This document shows, piece by piece, positions 1 to 11,361 of a stretch of 64,000 bases of DNA (position 1 is its first letter; each line of letters starts with the position of its first letter). A program made the translations under genes and the position numbers. Below the pieces are notes generated by a model that was not told the DNA's origin, searched no databases, and was given only the letters and a program-made list of their open reading frames with translations. Origin of the DNA: Podarcis liolepis (lineage: Eukaryota); NCBI GenBank assembly GCA_965112155.1, contig OZ218102.1; one strand, 5' to 3'.

Positions 1-700
1 CCCTCGCGCCTTCCGAAGCAAGTCTCCCGCACCGAAAATAGGGCTCTGAGCCGCTGCCTCATTGGCCGGCTCTGCTGTCACATGACTTCCTCCCCGCGCG
101 CATGCTTTCCTCCCTTGGCGGAAGAGCTATTATAGAAAACGGGGCGTGCGGGGCACACAGAGGGAGAACCATAGGTAGAGGACGCGAGGAGACCGTGCGA
201 AGCGACGCGCAGTGGGTGACGGGAATCGTAGTTCGGCTTGGCCTCGCGGCGTAGAGTCGCGCATGCGCAAGGGTGAGGGTGGTCAAAGACAGGGAGCAGG
301 ATGCCTCGGTGGATGCGGTAACGCGGGGAGCGGGTGGTAGTCTCGGTTTGACTACACCCTGATCATGGCAGCACCAGGTAAGGCGAGGGGGATCCCTCTG
401 ACGCGCGGTGGTCCTGCGGTGCATGCTGGGGCAGACCTCGTTTCCCCTGCACGCTTCGGGAGAGCCGACGTGTAGCTCCTCTTCTCCATTGCTGCTTAAG
501 GGCTTCGTCTGTTTGCTAAGGCTGCCGTGCCCGGTCTGGGCAACAAAGCTGGGGCTCGGTGCTCTTCGCTTTCCCAGATATTGCTTAGCAGCGTTCTGAA
601 TGACTGCATCCGTGGAATGCACGTTGGAACAGACCGTCCCCGGGAGGCATGGCTAGAGAGAGCCATGAGCCGCTGAACTCGGTAGACACGCGCTTTCAGG
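1..700. promoter_or_regulatory. CpG-island promoter of ZDHHC16 (probably bidirectional; EXOSC1 expected just left of the window by synteny)
   Basis: CpG-dense. ATTGG (CCAAT on -) 61-65; GTCACATGAC E-box/CLEAR-like 77-86; GGGAATCGTAGT (ZNF143/THAP11-associated ACTACnnTCCC, reverse) 221-232; NRF1 CGCGCATGCGCA 258-269; first-exon donor CAG|GTAAGG at 377/378. Confidence 0.8.
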
Positions 701-2373
701 TCCCCACGCCTCTACAGAGCTTTCGTGGGATGCATACGAATGGTGCTTCTTTCCCTGTCCCCACTTCTCTCTGGGGTTTGTTCCAGTGACCGCCTCTGGG
801 GCTGTTATGCCTAGAGCAGGCGAGCTGGGGCTCACGCGGAGGTGGAGCTTTAACCTCAGCTGATCTCCCTTTTCTTAGAAAATATAGTGGAGACAAAATC
901 CCTTCCCCCACCCCACTGGGAGCCCATTGACTCACCCACGCAGGTCTCGCTGTCTCATAACCATCTCAGTGGTTAATCTTCCCTTGTGTGACTTCTGCTG
1001 TTGCTGCCATCTGCTAGAGGGGCAATGCTGCCTTCAGAAATCACCCTTAATCCGTACTCAGGAAAGATGCCAGCTCTGCTCAACTGGCAGAGAATGGGCC
1101 GAGCTCTGGGTGCAGAGACAATGCTTCTCTGTCTTTCTTTCTCTCTCTCTCTGTGTGTGTTATTTTCTGCTGTAATGTCAACACAGACGGGCTGCTGTGT
1201 GTGAACACTTTTATCATCTAGCTGCATATGAGCTGGTATACTTTGCCTGAAAGCTCTAATTTTGATTCTAAATGTATTGCCTCATGAAAACTAATTATGT
1301 GATATTCTTATTCTTATTCTTATTATTAAATAAATCTCAAAGTGGTTTACAACAACGCATTCTGTTGTGAACCAACTAAAATAATCTGTTTGCCTTGGGG
1401 GTGGGGGAGAGACGTGGAGGTGTTCTTGCTATTTATTTGGCTACTGGGCAGAGCGCTGCAGGAATTCTGCAACATGTTGCTCAATTTTACCAAAGTTTCT
1501 ACAGAAGCAGAATTAAGAAGATCCAGAACTATGCTGATCCTCTCCCCTCCCATCCTTGTGAAAATACATTCATGTGTGAGAGGCTGTGAGGTATTGTCCC
1601 TGTTTAATGTGCAGCTATAACTTACCCTAAGAGGAACCAAAATAGGGTCACTTGTGTTCAGACTAACTACAAGGAATGTACTCTGTTGAGAGCACCAGAA
1701 CACCTTTTTGAGGCAAGTAGAATTTGAGTGGAGTGAGAGGTTGCTAGTACAGTAAGATATAAGTGGAGATTGGGCATAATGGTTGCTGCAGAGTCCGCCA
1801 TAGGCCTACTTCCCTAAGTTTCCATACGCTAAAAATAATAATTTGATCTCTCGACAGTGGTGCCAAATTCCTTTTTAGGTCTCTTTGTTTCATTTCTGCA
1901 CTGTGACCCCCTTACTAAGTTCCACCTTGCTGGTACTGTCACCACCCCTGAGGGGTTCGTAGGGTCACATTCTTGGTTAATATTAATTGGCCAAGATCAG
2001 CTTTCTCCAGAGCTGGCCTAGCTCAGGTTCCCTCTTGCTCTTAGATTAGCTGCAGCTTGATGCTGGAGTTCTGCGAGCAGGTAAGTGCCATCATTTCGTT
2101 CCTCCTCTTTTATCATTTTGGCCTCCTTAGCCCTGCTAGCTTTAGTAGACAGGTCTAAATTGGATATTTCCCCAACTGAGGTAGAGATGTCAAGGGGATA
2201 TGCTGAACTCTCTCGTAACCAGGACTGGGTTTGGGAAGGTATCACTGTTGGCTCCCCACCCCCTCTCACCAGTCAATTCTTTCCCAACCCAGAAATATTT
2301 TGCAGAGATGAAAAGATTCATGGGAGCAAGGATTCAATCCTCTCCCTCCCTGCATGTCAGCTCTCTAAATCTC

Positions 2374-3037
2374 CTTTTTAAAAATACAGTGGTACCTCGG
2401 GTTAAGTACTTAATTCGTTCCGGAAGTCCGTTCTTAACCTGAAACTGTTCTTAAACCTGAAGCACCACTTTAGCTAATGGGGCCTCCTGCTGCTGCCGCC
2501 GCGCTGCCGCCACACAATTTCTGTTCTCATCCTGAAACAAAGTTCTTAACCCGAGGTACTATTTCTGGGTTAGCAGAGTCTGTAACCTGAAGCGTATGTA
2601 ACCCGAGGTACCACTGTATAATTTTTATTAATTTCTTTTTAACACAATATTTCAGCATACCAAAAGCAAAACAAATAAATTCTTTGCTCTACTGAGCTCG
2701 TGACTTCCCTCCATCCCTTCAACCAGTTTTTAATTTTCAAAACTTTGTGCCGCACTTTATATCCTCTACTTCAGACCTTTATATCCTTATGATCAACTCT
2801 GTCTCAATGGTCTATAAAGTTTTTAGATTTAGAGTTTTCTCAATGCATGATTTATATCAGTCCCACTAGTGTCTTCACATTTTTACAATAAGTATTCATA
2901 TAGTCAATAAATTTACTCTCTTTGAAACTTTTGGTCGTCTTGGTTCCGGAACCTGTCTGTCAGCTTGGCCAGTTCCGCATAGTCCATCATCTTTGTCTGC
3001 CACCCCTCAATCGTTGGTAGTTCCTGCAATTTCCATC
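2374..3037 (-). mobile_element. 5'-truncated L1-clade LINE (ORF2 C-terminus + 3' UTR + A-tail), interrupted by a MITE
   Basis: 17-bp TSD TCAGCTCTCTAAATCTC at 2357-2373 and 3038-3054; minus strand encodes WKLQELPTIEGWQTKMMDYAELAKLTDRFRNQDDQKFQRE / KFIDYMNTYCK. Confidence 0.8.
2387..2616 (+). mobile_element. Tc1/mariner (pogo/Tigger-like) MITE, copy 1
   Basis: TIR CAGTGGTACCTCGGGTTA...TAACCCGAGGTACCACTG with TA duplication; two more copies in the window. Confidence 0.92.
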
Positions 3038-3239
3038 TCAGCTCTCTAAATCTCGTAGGTGCTCGGCTCTATATGGGCTTGTCTTCTGTTTTGGAAGGGT
3101 CCATCCCTAACTCAAGGTATCCCCCCTACCCTAAAAATTCTGGACTACACCACAGCAAACAACTTTGGGGAAAGGACACTGTATCTCTGCCACTCATGAG
3201 ATGCCTGGTTTCCTCAGTCATTCTCTCCCTTTGCTACGA

Positions 3240-3465
3240 GAGCTGAAGAAGAGGCTGCTGGATCAGGTAATGACCTGTCTAGTCCACCATCCTGTTCTTA
3301 CAGAGGCCAACCAGATGTCTGGGAGGAACCTGCAAGCAGGACCTGAGTGCAGAAGCACTCTCCCCTTCTGCCCTTCTTCAGTTTCCAGCAACTGGGATTC
3401 AGAACTGGGGGCAGAGCATAGCCATCATGGCTAGTAGCCACTGATAGCTCTTTTCTCCATTATGC
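3240..3465 (-). mobile_element. CR1-like LINE 3' fragment
   Basis: AAGAGGCTGCTGGATCAGG...TCTAGTCCACCATCCTGTTCT...ATGGCTAGTAGCC; similar to 42560, 44420 and 53940 copies. Confidence 0.65.
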
Positions 3466-3937
3466 TGGGAAAGGAAATCCAAATGCAAACTTCATAGATG
3501 TGCCTCTTTGGCCTTTAGGGTGCTGTGTGTGCTCTGGGCAATCTCTTGCCCTTTGAACTCAGTGTATATACATTCACGCCTGGGTATTCCATCTCGGAAG
3601 ATGGGCAGGAGAATTGGCAGAGCCACAGAGGGGACACATTCAACTCTGGGTGCATTCTGCTAGCTGTCATTACTCACATGGACAGTGGTGGGTGAGCAAA
3701 ACCTTTCCACCAAGGCTGCACTGGAGTCATCTGAAGTGAGAGTGACTCCTCACCCTCAGCACTATCCTATGATCAGTCGTGACTCTTCCACCTTCCTACA
3801 TCCCTTAGCATTGTGATTCTGGAGCAGTAGACTCAACCACTGAATATTTGGCACCAAGCCTTTGCCTTCCATCTAAACCCGATGTCCAGTATCTACTTAA
3901 CACTGCTTCCTCTCTCCACAGGCTCTGAGTGGCAGGG

Positions 3938-6900
3938 ATGAGGAGCCGCCAGAGGATGTACTCCGCTGTCATGCGCTTCTTCCTGAAATGCCTGCGGATA
4001 GGTCAGCGGCGGCGGTTCTGGCTGACTAAGCATGTGGGGCAGCTCTGGCTGTATGGGCGCCTCTGTTTGCGCTCCCTGGTGTACAACTCCTTTGCTAATG
4101 GCGACACTGCTCTCGATGCCCTCTTTGAGCCCATCTACTGGCTGGTGGATCACGTCACCCGCTGGTTTGGGGTGGTGAGTATCCTGGGAGGAAAGGCAGC
4201 GGAGTGCAGCTTCAGGCCCCCTGGAGACATGTTCAGCTCTAGGAAATAAAGAGTTTGAGCCCTGGGCTTCAAGCCACCATCAAACATCTAAGCTGTGCAA
4301 GGAGATACATGACCTTGCAGATGTGGGAGGAGATGGCGCTGATGCTTTGCTGAATTCTTTTGTGGTCCCCCAGTGCTGCTGTTTTCTTTGGACTATGGGG
4401 AGACCAAGTTGGGATTTAGCATGGGGATCCATCCATTGGAAACATTCCTCCATCGAAAGGGCTGAGACTTGTCTGCAGTGTGTTGGTGGCTCAGACCCTT
4501 CCCTCTTCCCCCTCAACAGGTGTTTGTGGCCCTGGTGATCACTCTGACCAGCTCAGTGGTGCTCATAGTGTATGTCTGCCTCTTGCCACTCGTCTTGCGA
4601 ACCTACCCCCTTCTTTGGATCTTCTGGCATTTCATCTATGGTCACTGGAACCTTGTCATGATTGTCTTCCACTACTATATGGCCATCACTACTCAGCCCG
4701 GTTTTCCTCCACAGGTAGGGTAGAGGCACCAATATCTCTAATTTCATTTTTAATAAGTTTATTTTTTAACACTGAGATCCATGGTAGGACATGATTTCCT
4801 ACCACTTCTTCTTTCACTGGTGACTCTTACACAGAACGTTATGGACAAAGGGCTGATATCGAGTTTCCACTGTGTGCAAGCTCCAGAGGGCCCATGTCCA
4901 AATATGCTTGACCCAGTGTGTTTTGGGTTAGTGTAAGGGCAATGGCACTCTTGCAACCACGCTAAAGGCTACCGATGTTCCTTCCAGCAGCAGTTGAAGA
5001 GCGATGTTGCTGCTGTCTCCATCTGCAGGAAATGTATTGCCCCGAAGCCTGCCCGGACCCACCACTGCAGCATCTGCAACAGGTGGGCATTCCCCTTGTA
5101 TCAGACCAGTGTCACGTGTGGAAACCTGAACCCTTTAAAGATGCTTTATGGGCAGGCAGATAACCAGGGTCATTTATCTTTCACATTGTATGTGAGCATG
5201 AAATGTTGTGTGGTAGCTGGTGTAGAATCCTGTGTCTGGCAAAGACTCCTGAGAATTTTAGAAAGCTTTCTGAACTCCACGTTCCCCTCTTGGCATATAC
5301 TTCTTGTGATTCACTCTTATATTTTCCCCAAATATCCAAATACTTGTTTCAGAATAAAGCACGAGAATGCAGGAAGCATAACTACTTGACTCATTGCACA
5401 CTTTTGTGATCTTCATAATTTTGGATATGGAGTGAGAGTTTCCTCTGATGCAGAATTGCGATGACAATAATAATCTGGACGTATATGAATTGTTGCCTGT
5501 TTTTCATGCTGAAGTCTTGGAGTCCCTCTAACTCTTTCAGCTGAGATATAACCTGTAAGAACATCAACATAGTTTCTCTGCACTGAAAAAGAAAGTACAG
5601 TAAATAGAGGAAGAGTGGCATGGGAGCGAGGGAAAATAAAATTGTATGGTTTTAATAAATTAGGCAAATATGTTCAGTCTGCATATGTCTGTTTTGCATA
5701 ATGTCTGCTACCTGTGGGATTAGGGGTAAAGGACAATGCAGAACATCAGAGCTTGGGAAATGCTGCTCAGTCCTCCTCCTCTTTGAATCTTCTTTGCTTT
5801 CTCCACTCACTTTAAACCTTTGGTTTTATTTCCCAAGCCATAAAGGTTAGAAACTTGCCTTTCTTAATAAAAGGAAACATGCTCAAGAAGCTAAATTCTG
5901 CCAAATGCTGTGTAGCCTTGGGGTGCATCTGTGTATCTATAGACTATATGCATCTCTACCTTTAGGAACACCTGCAAGTTTGTGCAGAAGTCTCCTTACA
6001 CTAAGGTAACATTGCCAAAGACTGCAGAGGGCTTTGCATTGAGGCCAGTGAGCAGCCAGTACCCAGCTCTCGCCAAGCAGCCTTCAGCCAGTCTCTTGCT
6101 TGCATGCTCATTAAGGGATCGAGTGGTGACTTGTTCTTGTTTTTCTTGCCTTGTGTTGCTGCACCGTGTCATGTTCCATAGCTGCATCATTTCCTTACTA
6201 TTTAAGCTGCGCTGTCAGCAACCCCTTCTCCTTCTGTCTCACCTCCAGTGTGCAATAGTGCCCTAATGCAAATGCTATTTCCCTTCCACAGGTGTGTGTT
6301 GAAGATGGACCATCACTGCCGTATCCTTCTGCAGGCCCATAGCTGGACTGACTTGGGGGTCTCCTGTAAGGTCACTTGTCCCAGGAGCGCGATGATATGT
6401 GCAAAGTGATAATATATATCCCCAGGGAAAGTAAAGGATGTCTTGAGATTAACTGCTCCAAGGGGGTAAACTTGCAACATTGAAGAGGAAAAGGAAAAGT
6501 ATTTGTGCCGATCTCCTGTGAGGCACGTCTCAGTAAATGATTTGGGAACAATCAGCTGCATTTCAGAGGGGGCATTCCTGTTTCAGCACCAAAGCGAAAT
6601 GGTTCTTAGGCCAGAACTGCTATTCCTCCTATGTGAAGCATCATCCCCTGTTCTTCTTGCCTGCTGGGTTATGGCTTTATTAAAGTGTGTCCTGAGTAAG
6701 CAGATCTCCTCACACCCCCAAATTGAAAGGAGCAGCAAAATTGGAAGGAGCCCCAACAGGTGGCGTAATACTAGGTGGATCAATTAAATCACCTGTACGG
6801 TTTGGGTGCAGATCCAGAATTGGCTATCCCCTGTTACATGGTGAGGAGGGTTGGAGATTTTTGCCTGCCTTTACAGACCTTTAACCCCAAGGGACAGCGT

Positions 6901-9134
6901 GGCTGAACAACTGCGTGGGGCACTTCAACCACCGCTACTTCTTCTCCTTCATGCTGTTCATGACCATGGGCTGCATCTACAGCAGCGTCAGCGGCTGGGA
7001 CCTGTTCTGGGAGGCCTATGCTGCCATTGAGGTGAGGTTTCTGGCTGAACTGGGGTCTGTCTGGGCACATGGTGGCATGGGAGGGGGGTGTGCTTTCTCA
7101 GTGGAGGGGGAGGGGCTCTTCCTCCTGGCCTGGATAACTGCACGAGGAGTTACATAGGCCGAGGAGAACTGAGTGTGTGTAACTGGCAGCCTCTTTTCCA
7201 TCCGATAGAAAATGAAACTGCTTGACAAGGGGAGACTGCACGTGACAGCCAATCAGGTGGGGTACCTGCTGCTCCGCTGCTCAAGTCAGGGACAGGGCAG
7301 AGCATGGCAGGGGAGCTTGCTGCTCTGCCCCAGCAATTGACTCTACAGCCGTGGCTGTGACTGCTCAGATTCCCTTTCCTGGGCAGAATCACTCCTTCCT
7401 TTCTTCCTCCTAAGGGAGCCCGAGCCCATTCAGCTGCAGTTGGTTGTGCCATCGAGGGGAGGAAGTGTTTGCACAGCTGGCTAAGTGACGCTGTATTCTT
7501 GTCTTCCAAAAGCTAATGTATGAATGGGGAGTAAGGGAAGTGAGTATTGAACCCCGGTACCCATGCTCTGCCCCATCTCTGATTCATGATCAAGACCCTT
7601 GCCTCTCAAGAGGTGTCTGTCTTGTGCTGTGCTGTCCGTCCACCCATTTGTCCTTGAAAGACCTCCACATCTCATTGGTTTGGGGTCACAGCATCCTCCG
7701 CTGCATCCTCGCATCTCTAGCCACCGCAACATCTGCTTTTTCCTTGCAGACTTACTCTCAGACACCACCACCCACCTTCTCCTTCCGCCAGCGAGCTTTC
7801 CACAAGAGTATAGTGTATGCCTGGGTCCTCTGCAGGTAACTGATCTGGTTGTTTGGTGCTCATGGGGAAGAGGAGGGGCAAGTCTCTCCGGAATGCTTTG
7901 AGAAAGCTGCCAAGTCAGCCTCCGGAGCACAGAGCTTTCTAGCTGTCTTATTCTCTGCTCTCTGCAAAAGCCTCATCCAGCTGTCAGTGAGAGATAATAA
8001 GCAACTTGCTCCAGCTATTTCAGCTACTTGGTCTTTGCCCACCTGCTGCAACATTCCTCTGTTCATTTCCCTGCAGTTCAGTAGCCTTGGCACTGGGCGC
8101 TCTCATGCTCTGGCATTCTGTCCTCATCACTCGTGGTGAGACCAGCATTGAAAGGCACATAAACCGCAAAGAAAGAAAGAGACTCCGATTGAAGGGCAAG
8201 GTGAGGAGGGCAAGGCTCAACCTTCAGTGGGGGGCGGGGGGAGAAAATGGAGGCAGAACAGCTGAGCTCACCTAGTTGCTTGATGTGTGTGTCACGCTAA
8301 AGTTCCATCACTTCAGGGTGTTTAGTTAGAAAAATAGCTAAAACAGGGCCTTTTCTCCTGCAGCCCCTTCCTGTATACACAAACTTCCTCTTGAGTTGAC
8401 CCTGTTATTCTCCGGCTTCCAGAAAACACAAAACTATTTTTAATCAGGCATGCATTTGAATATTTTATTTGAATTAATTTTAATACATTATATAGAACTC
8501 AGCTACATAAACAGGGAGACTTTTTTTTTTAAAGGGTATGATTCCGTTGCACTTATTTTTGACCATTTGAATAATTCTGAAGTTTGACCAGTCAGATTTT
8601 CCCAAGAGGGGTTGCTATGCAGAATGGAAGAATGAATAAATATGCTAGAACCACCTAGCAGAATATAATTTCATGCTACTTTCCCATTGGCTCTAGGTCT
8701 TCCGAAACCCATACAACTATGGTCCTTTGGGGAATTGGAAGGTTTTCCTGGGTGTGGAGACACAGAGGTGAGAACGGGAAATGTGCAACTGGTATACTCT
8801 ACACCTGCCCTGTCTTTTGGACAATAGGGTGGCTGGGATTGGCTGGATTGGCTTGACAAAGCAAGGCACAGCTGAAGCTGCTTATTTTGCATTCCACAGC
8901 AATGCTGTAGCCCTCTAGGTCCTCTGTAATCTGGAAAATGCTTGGGCGGAATATACTAGCAAGCCTGTAAATGTCTTCCTGTGTTCCATTTATTCACTGA
9001 AAGATGTTCTCTTTTCTAGGCATTGGGTCACCCGAGTTCTACTACCCTCCACACACACACCCTATGGATCTGGCCTGAGTTGGGAAACTCCACCCTGCAT
9101 TGTGGAACAGAAGACTCCTCTCTTGACAATTTGA
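3938..9134 (+). CDS. ZDHHC16: Palmitoyltransferase ZDHHC16 (DHHC zinc-finger protein S-acyltransferase), 375 aa
   Basis: join(3938..4174,4520..4714,4994..5082,6292..6320,6898..7031,7209..7256,7750..7835,8077..8200,8697..8767,9020..9134) = 1128 nt, phases consistent, GT-AG junctions. Contains [70 protein letters not shown] and NPYNYG motifs. Confidence 0.97.
6321..6897 (+). other. ZDHHC16: U12-type (minor spliceosome) GT-AG intron of ZDHHC16
   Basis: Donor GTATCCTT at 6321; branch site CCTTTAAC at 6878-6885; CAG acceptor 6895-6897 with no polypyrimidine tract; splicing restores [10 protein letters not shown]. Confidence 0.93.
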
Positions 9135-9499
9135 TTTGATAAAGGGCAGAGTTGACCAGCTGCTGGAAGACGGGAAACCACAGGTTGCTTTCAAGGGGCA
9201 GCATAATGGACAGCACAGATCCCCGAGGTGCTGGTGACGTCACACGCCACAATTGCACCAGCTGCAGCAAACTGCTCCAGCAGTCTTAGGATGAAGGTGG
9301 AAGAGCCCCCTCAGCTGCAGGCAGCTGCGGTGAGACAGCAATGTCTTGCCCACATAATCCAGCCGATGTAGGATGAAGTATTGGTATTCCTGGTAGTGGA
9401 GGAAGGCGCAATATGCTCCCTGCCCCACCTCAGGACCCTGGCTGGTATGCCAGGGTCTTGTTACTCTTCCACTATGTAGGCAGGGATTTTTTAAACGAA

Positions 9500-9505
9500 A
9501 ATAAA
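9500..9505 (+). terminator. ZDHHC16 polyadenylation signal
   Basis: AATAAA about 365 nt after the stop, followed by GT/T-rich sequence. Confidence 0.7.
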
Positions 9506-10179
9506 AATCATTTTAATATGGTGTGGCATCTGTTCCTCTTTAGCAGAAGAGAAGGCACAATGGTGGAAATATCTTAAGAAACTGATTGATCTCCCTGTAG
9601 CTCACAACTGTCTTTTCAGAACAGATTCCAGGCAGTGTACAAGGCAATGCTGCATTTACAGATAGCTGCAGGTCTTAAGAGGTTTTGTTGGTCCCAGCCA
9701 TTAGGTGTAAGGCCATAGGTTAAAGTCTAAAAATATCTTTCAAAAGCCACAGATTGTCCCTACTCTTGTATATGTACCATTGCCAGTTTTCCACTCTGTT
9801 GACCTCTCACCAAACTGCAGATTTCTGTAGCCCTTTCAAAGCAGCAACATGAGAAGCTGACACTACCTCTCAGTGTTCTGCCCTTCCATGTTTGTACAAA
9901 TAATTTATGAGTAGTCCAGAGCTAGTGGTACATAGTAAGATTAAGGGGGGTGGGGTGCTATTCAGGACTGGTTTTGACTACCTGAAACTCAGCTATGGAG
10001 CATGTATGAAAAGCAGCCCTGAGAAGTGTATGGGGAGGGGTTCCATTATAATAGCCATGGGACATATGCCATTAAGCACTGCTTTCTTTGCAACCATCTA
10101 CTTAATAAGAGTATTAGGCCTTCAACACAGCCCCAGGCCACACCATTAATTCAAGTTAAGGTGTGGTCAATGGCTAGAC

Positions 10180-10314
10180 CAGTGTTTCTCAAACCTGGAT
10201 CCCAACTGTTGGTGGACTACAATTCCCATCACCCCTGACCACTGATCCTGCTAGCTAGGGATGATGGGAGTTGTAGTCCAACAACAGCTGGGGATCCAAG
10301 TTTGAGAAACGCTA
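10180..10314. mobile_element. Palindromic hAT (Charlie/MER3-like) MITE
   Basis: TIR CAGTGTTTCTCAAAC...GTTTGAGAAACGCT; internal inverted ACTACAAYTCCCATCA arms. Confidence 0.85.
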
Positions 10315-10567
10315 TTCAAGAGTAGGCACCTTGCCAGCAGAAGTCGTACACCTAGGAAGGGTAAAGCATGGACTCTCTACTATTGAGACTCAGCTGTTTT
10401 CCAGCACGTTCAATGCTCTATGTCATGGCCAGTCATGTACTTTCATCGATTTTCAAATGCAGTTCTGCTATGTTCATTGATGAGGGTTGTCACTGGAAAG
10501 ACACAGCAGAGGAACTAGGGAGCCCTGTATAAATTTCAGATGGGCAGCAGTGGCACTCTTTAAAAAC

Positions 10568-10573
10568 TTTATT
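10568..10573 (-). terminator. MMS19 candidate polyadenylation signal (alternatives 10856-10861 and 11093-11098)
   Basis: TTTATT on + (AATAAA on -) downstream of the MMS19 stop; three candidates. Confidence 0.55.
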
Positions 10574-11361
10574 TGTAGAACACTTTCCAAACAAGCAAAC
10601 TACCACCTCATTGCAGAATGCCACACAGGGGCTCAGGTGGATTTCTGAACTCATTTTACTGCCAAAGGCAGCTGCAGCTTCACCAATTTAATACCAGTGG
10701 CTGATAATTAAGAAAGTAAACAACCACCAGCCTGCACTTACAGAAAAAGGCATACCAGATCAGTCAGTATCTTCCTATGCTAGTTTGCTAGATTTCTCCA
10801 GCAGGTATCACATCAGACAGAACGTTCCTAGACACCTAGGCTCAGCTCTTGCAACTTTATTCAGAAATATTCTGTATTAAAAGTAATTCACTGTTTGATC
10901 TTTGCATGAGAGGTGCTAAGTTCATGCAGTAGGCTTTAGTTCTATTAGCACATGAAAAATCTCTCTGTACGCAGACACCATTATGGCAGGAAGGTGGGGA
11001 AGCTGGACTTAATAGAAGGTGAAGGCAAGACCCTTATTTCTACTACTTCCCCACAAGAAGCACTTTTGCCAGAGGCTGTTAGCAAACAAGTTTTTATTCT
11101 TCTGGCCCCATACATACATAATATATGGGGGTCCTGCCACCTCCACTCACTACTGCGCTGCAGCAGGAACAGGGGCCGGCTGTTCCTTCCTACTGAACGC
11201 TGATGTTGTGGTTAGGAAAGGGCAGTCCGCAAAAAAGTCCTCTTCTGCCCAGAGCCTTGCTGCTTTGCATGGAAATCTAGGCCCCAGGACATCAAGGCCA
11301 ACAGCTTACCAGGTGAGTGGGGGCAGGTGAGATTGTCAGTCAGGATTTGCAGTGTGAACCT

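Noticed and set aside
59-622. 187-aa minus ORF as EXOSC1 or a novel gene
   Set aside because: No EXOSC1-like sequence and a non-ATG start; long ORFs are expected in CpG islands. EXOSC1 probably starts left of the window.
9206-9428. Short ORFs on both strands in the ZDHHC16 3'UTR (e.g. MDSTDPRG...CTSC)
   Set aside because: No recognisable family or splice support; lengths are consistent with chance.
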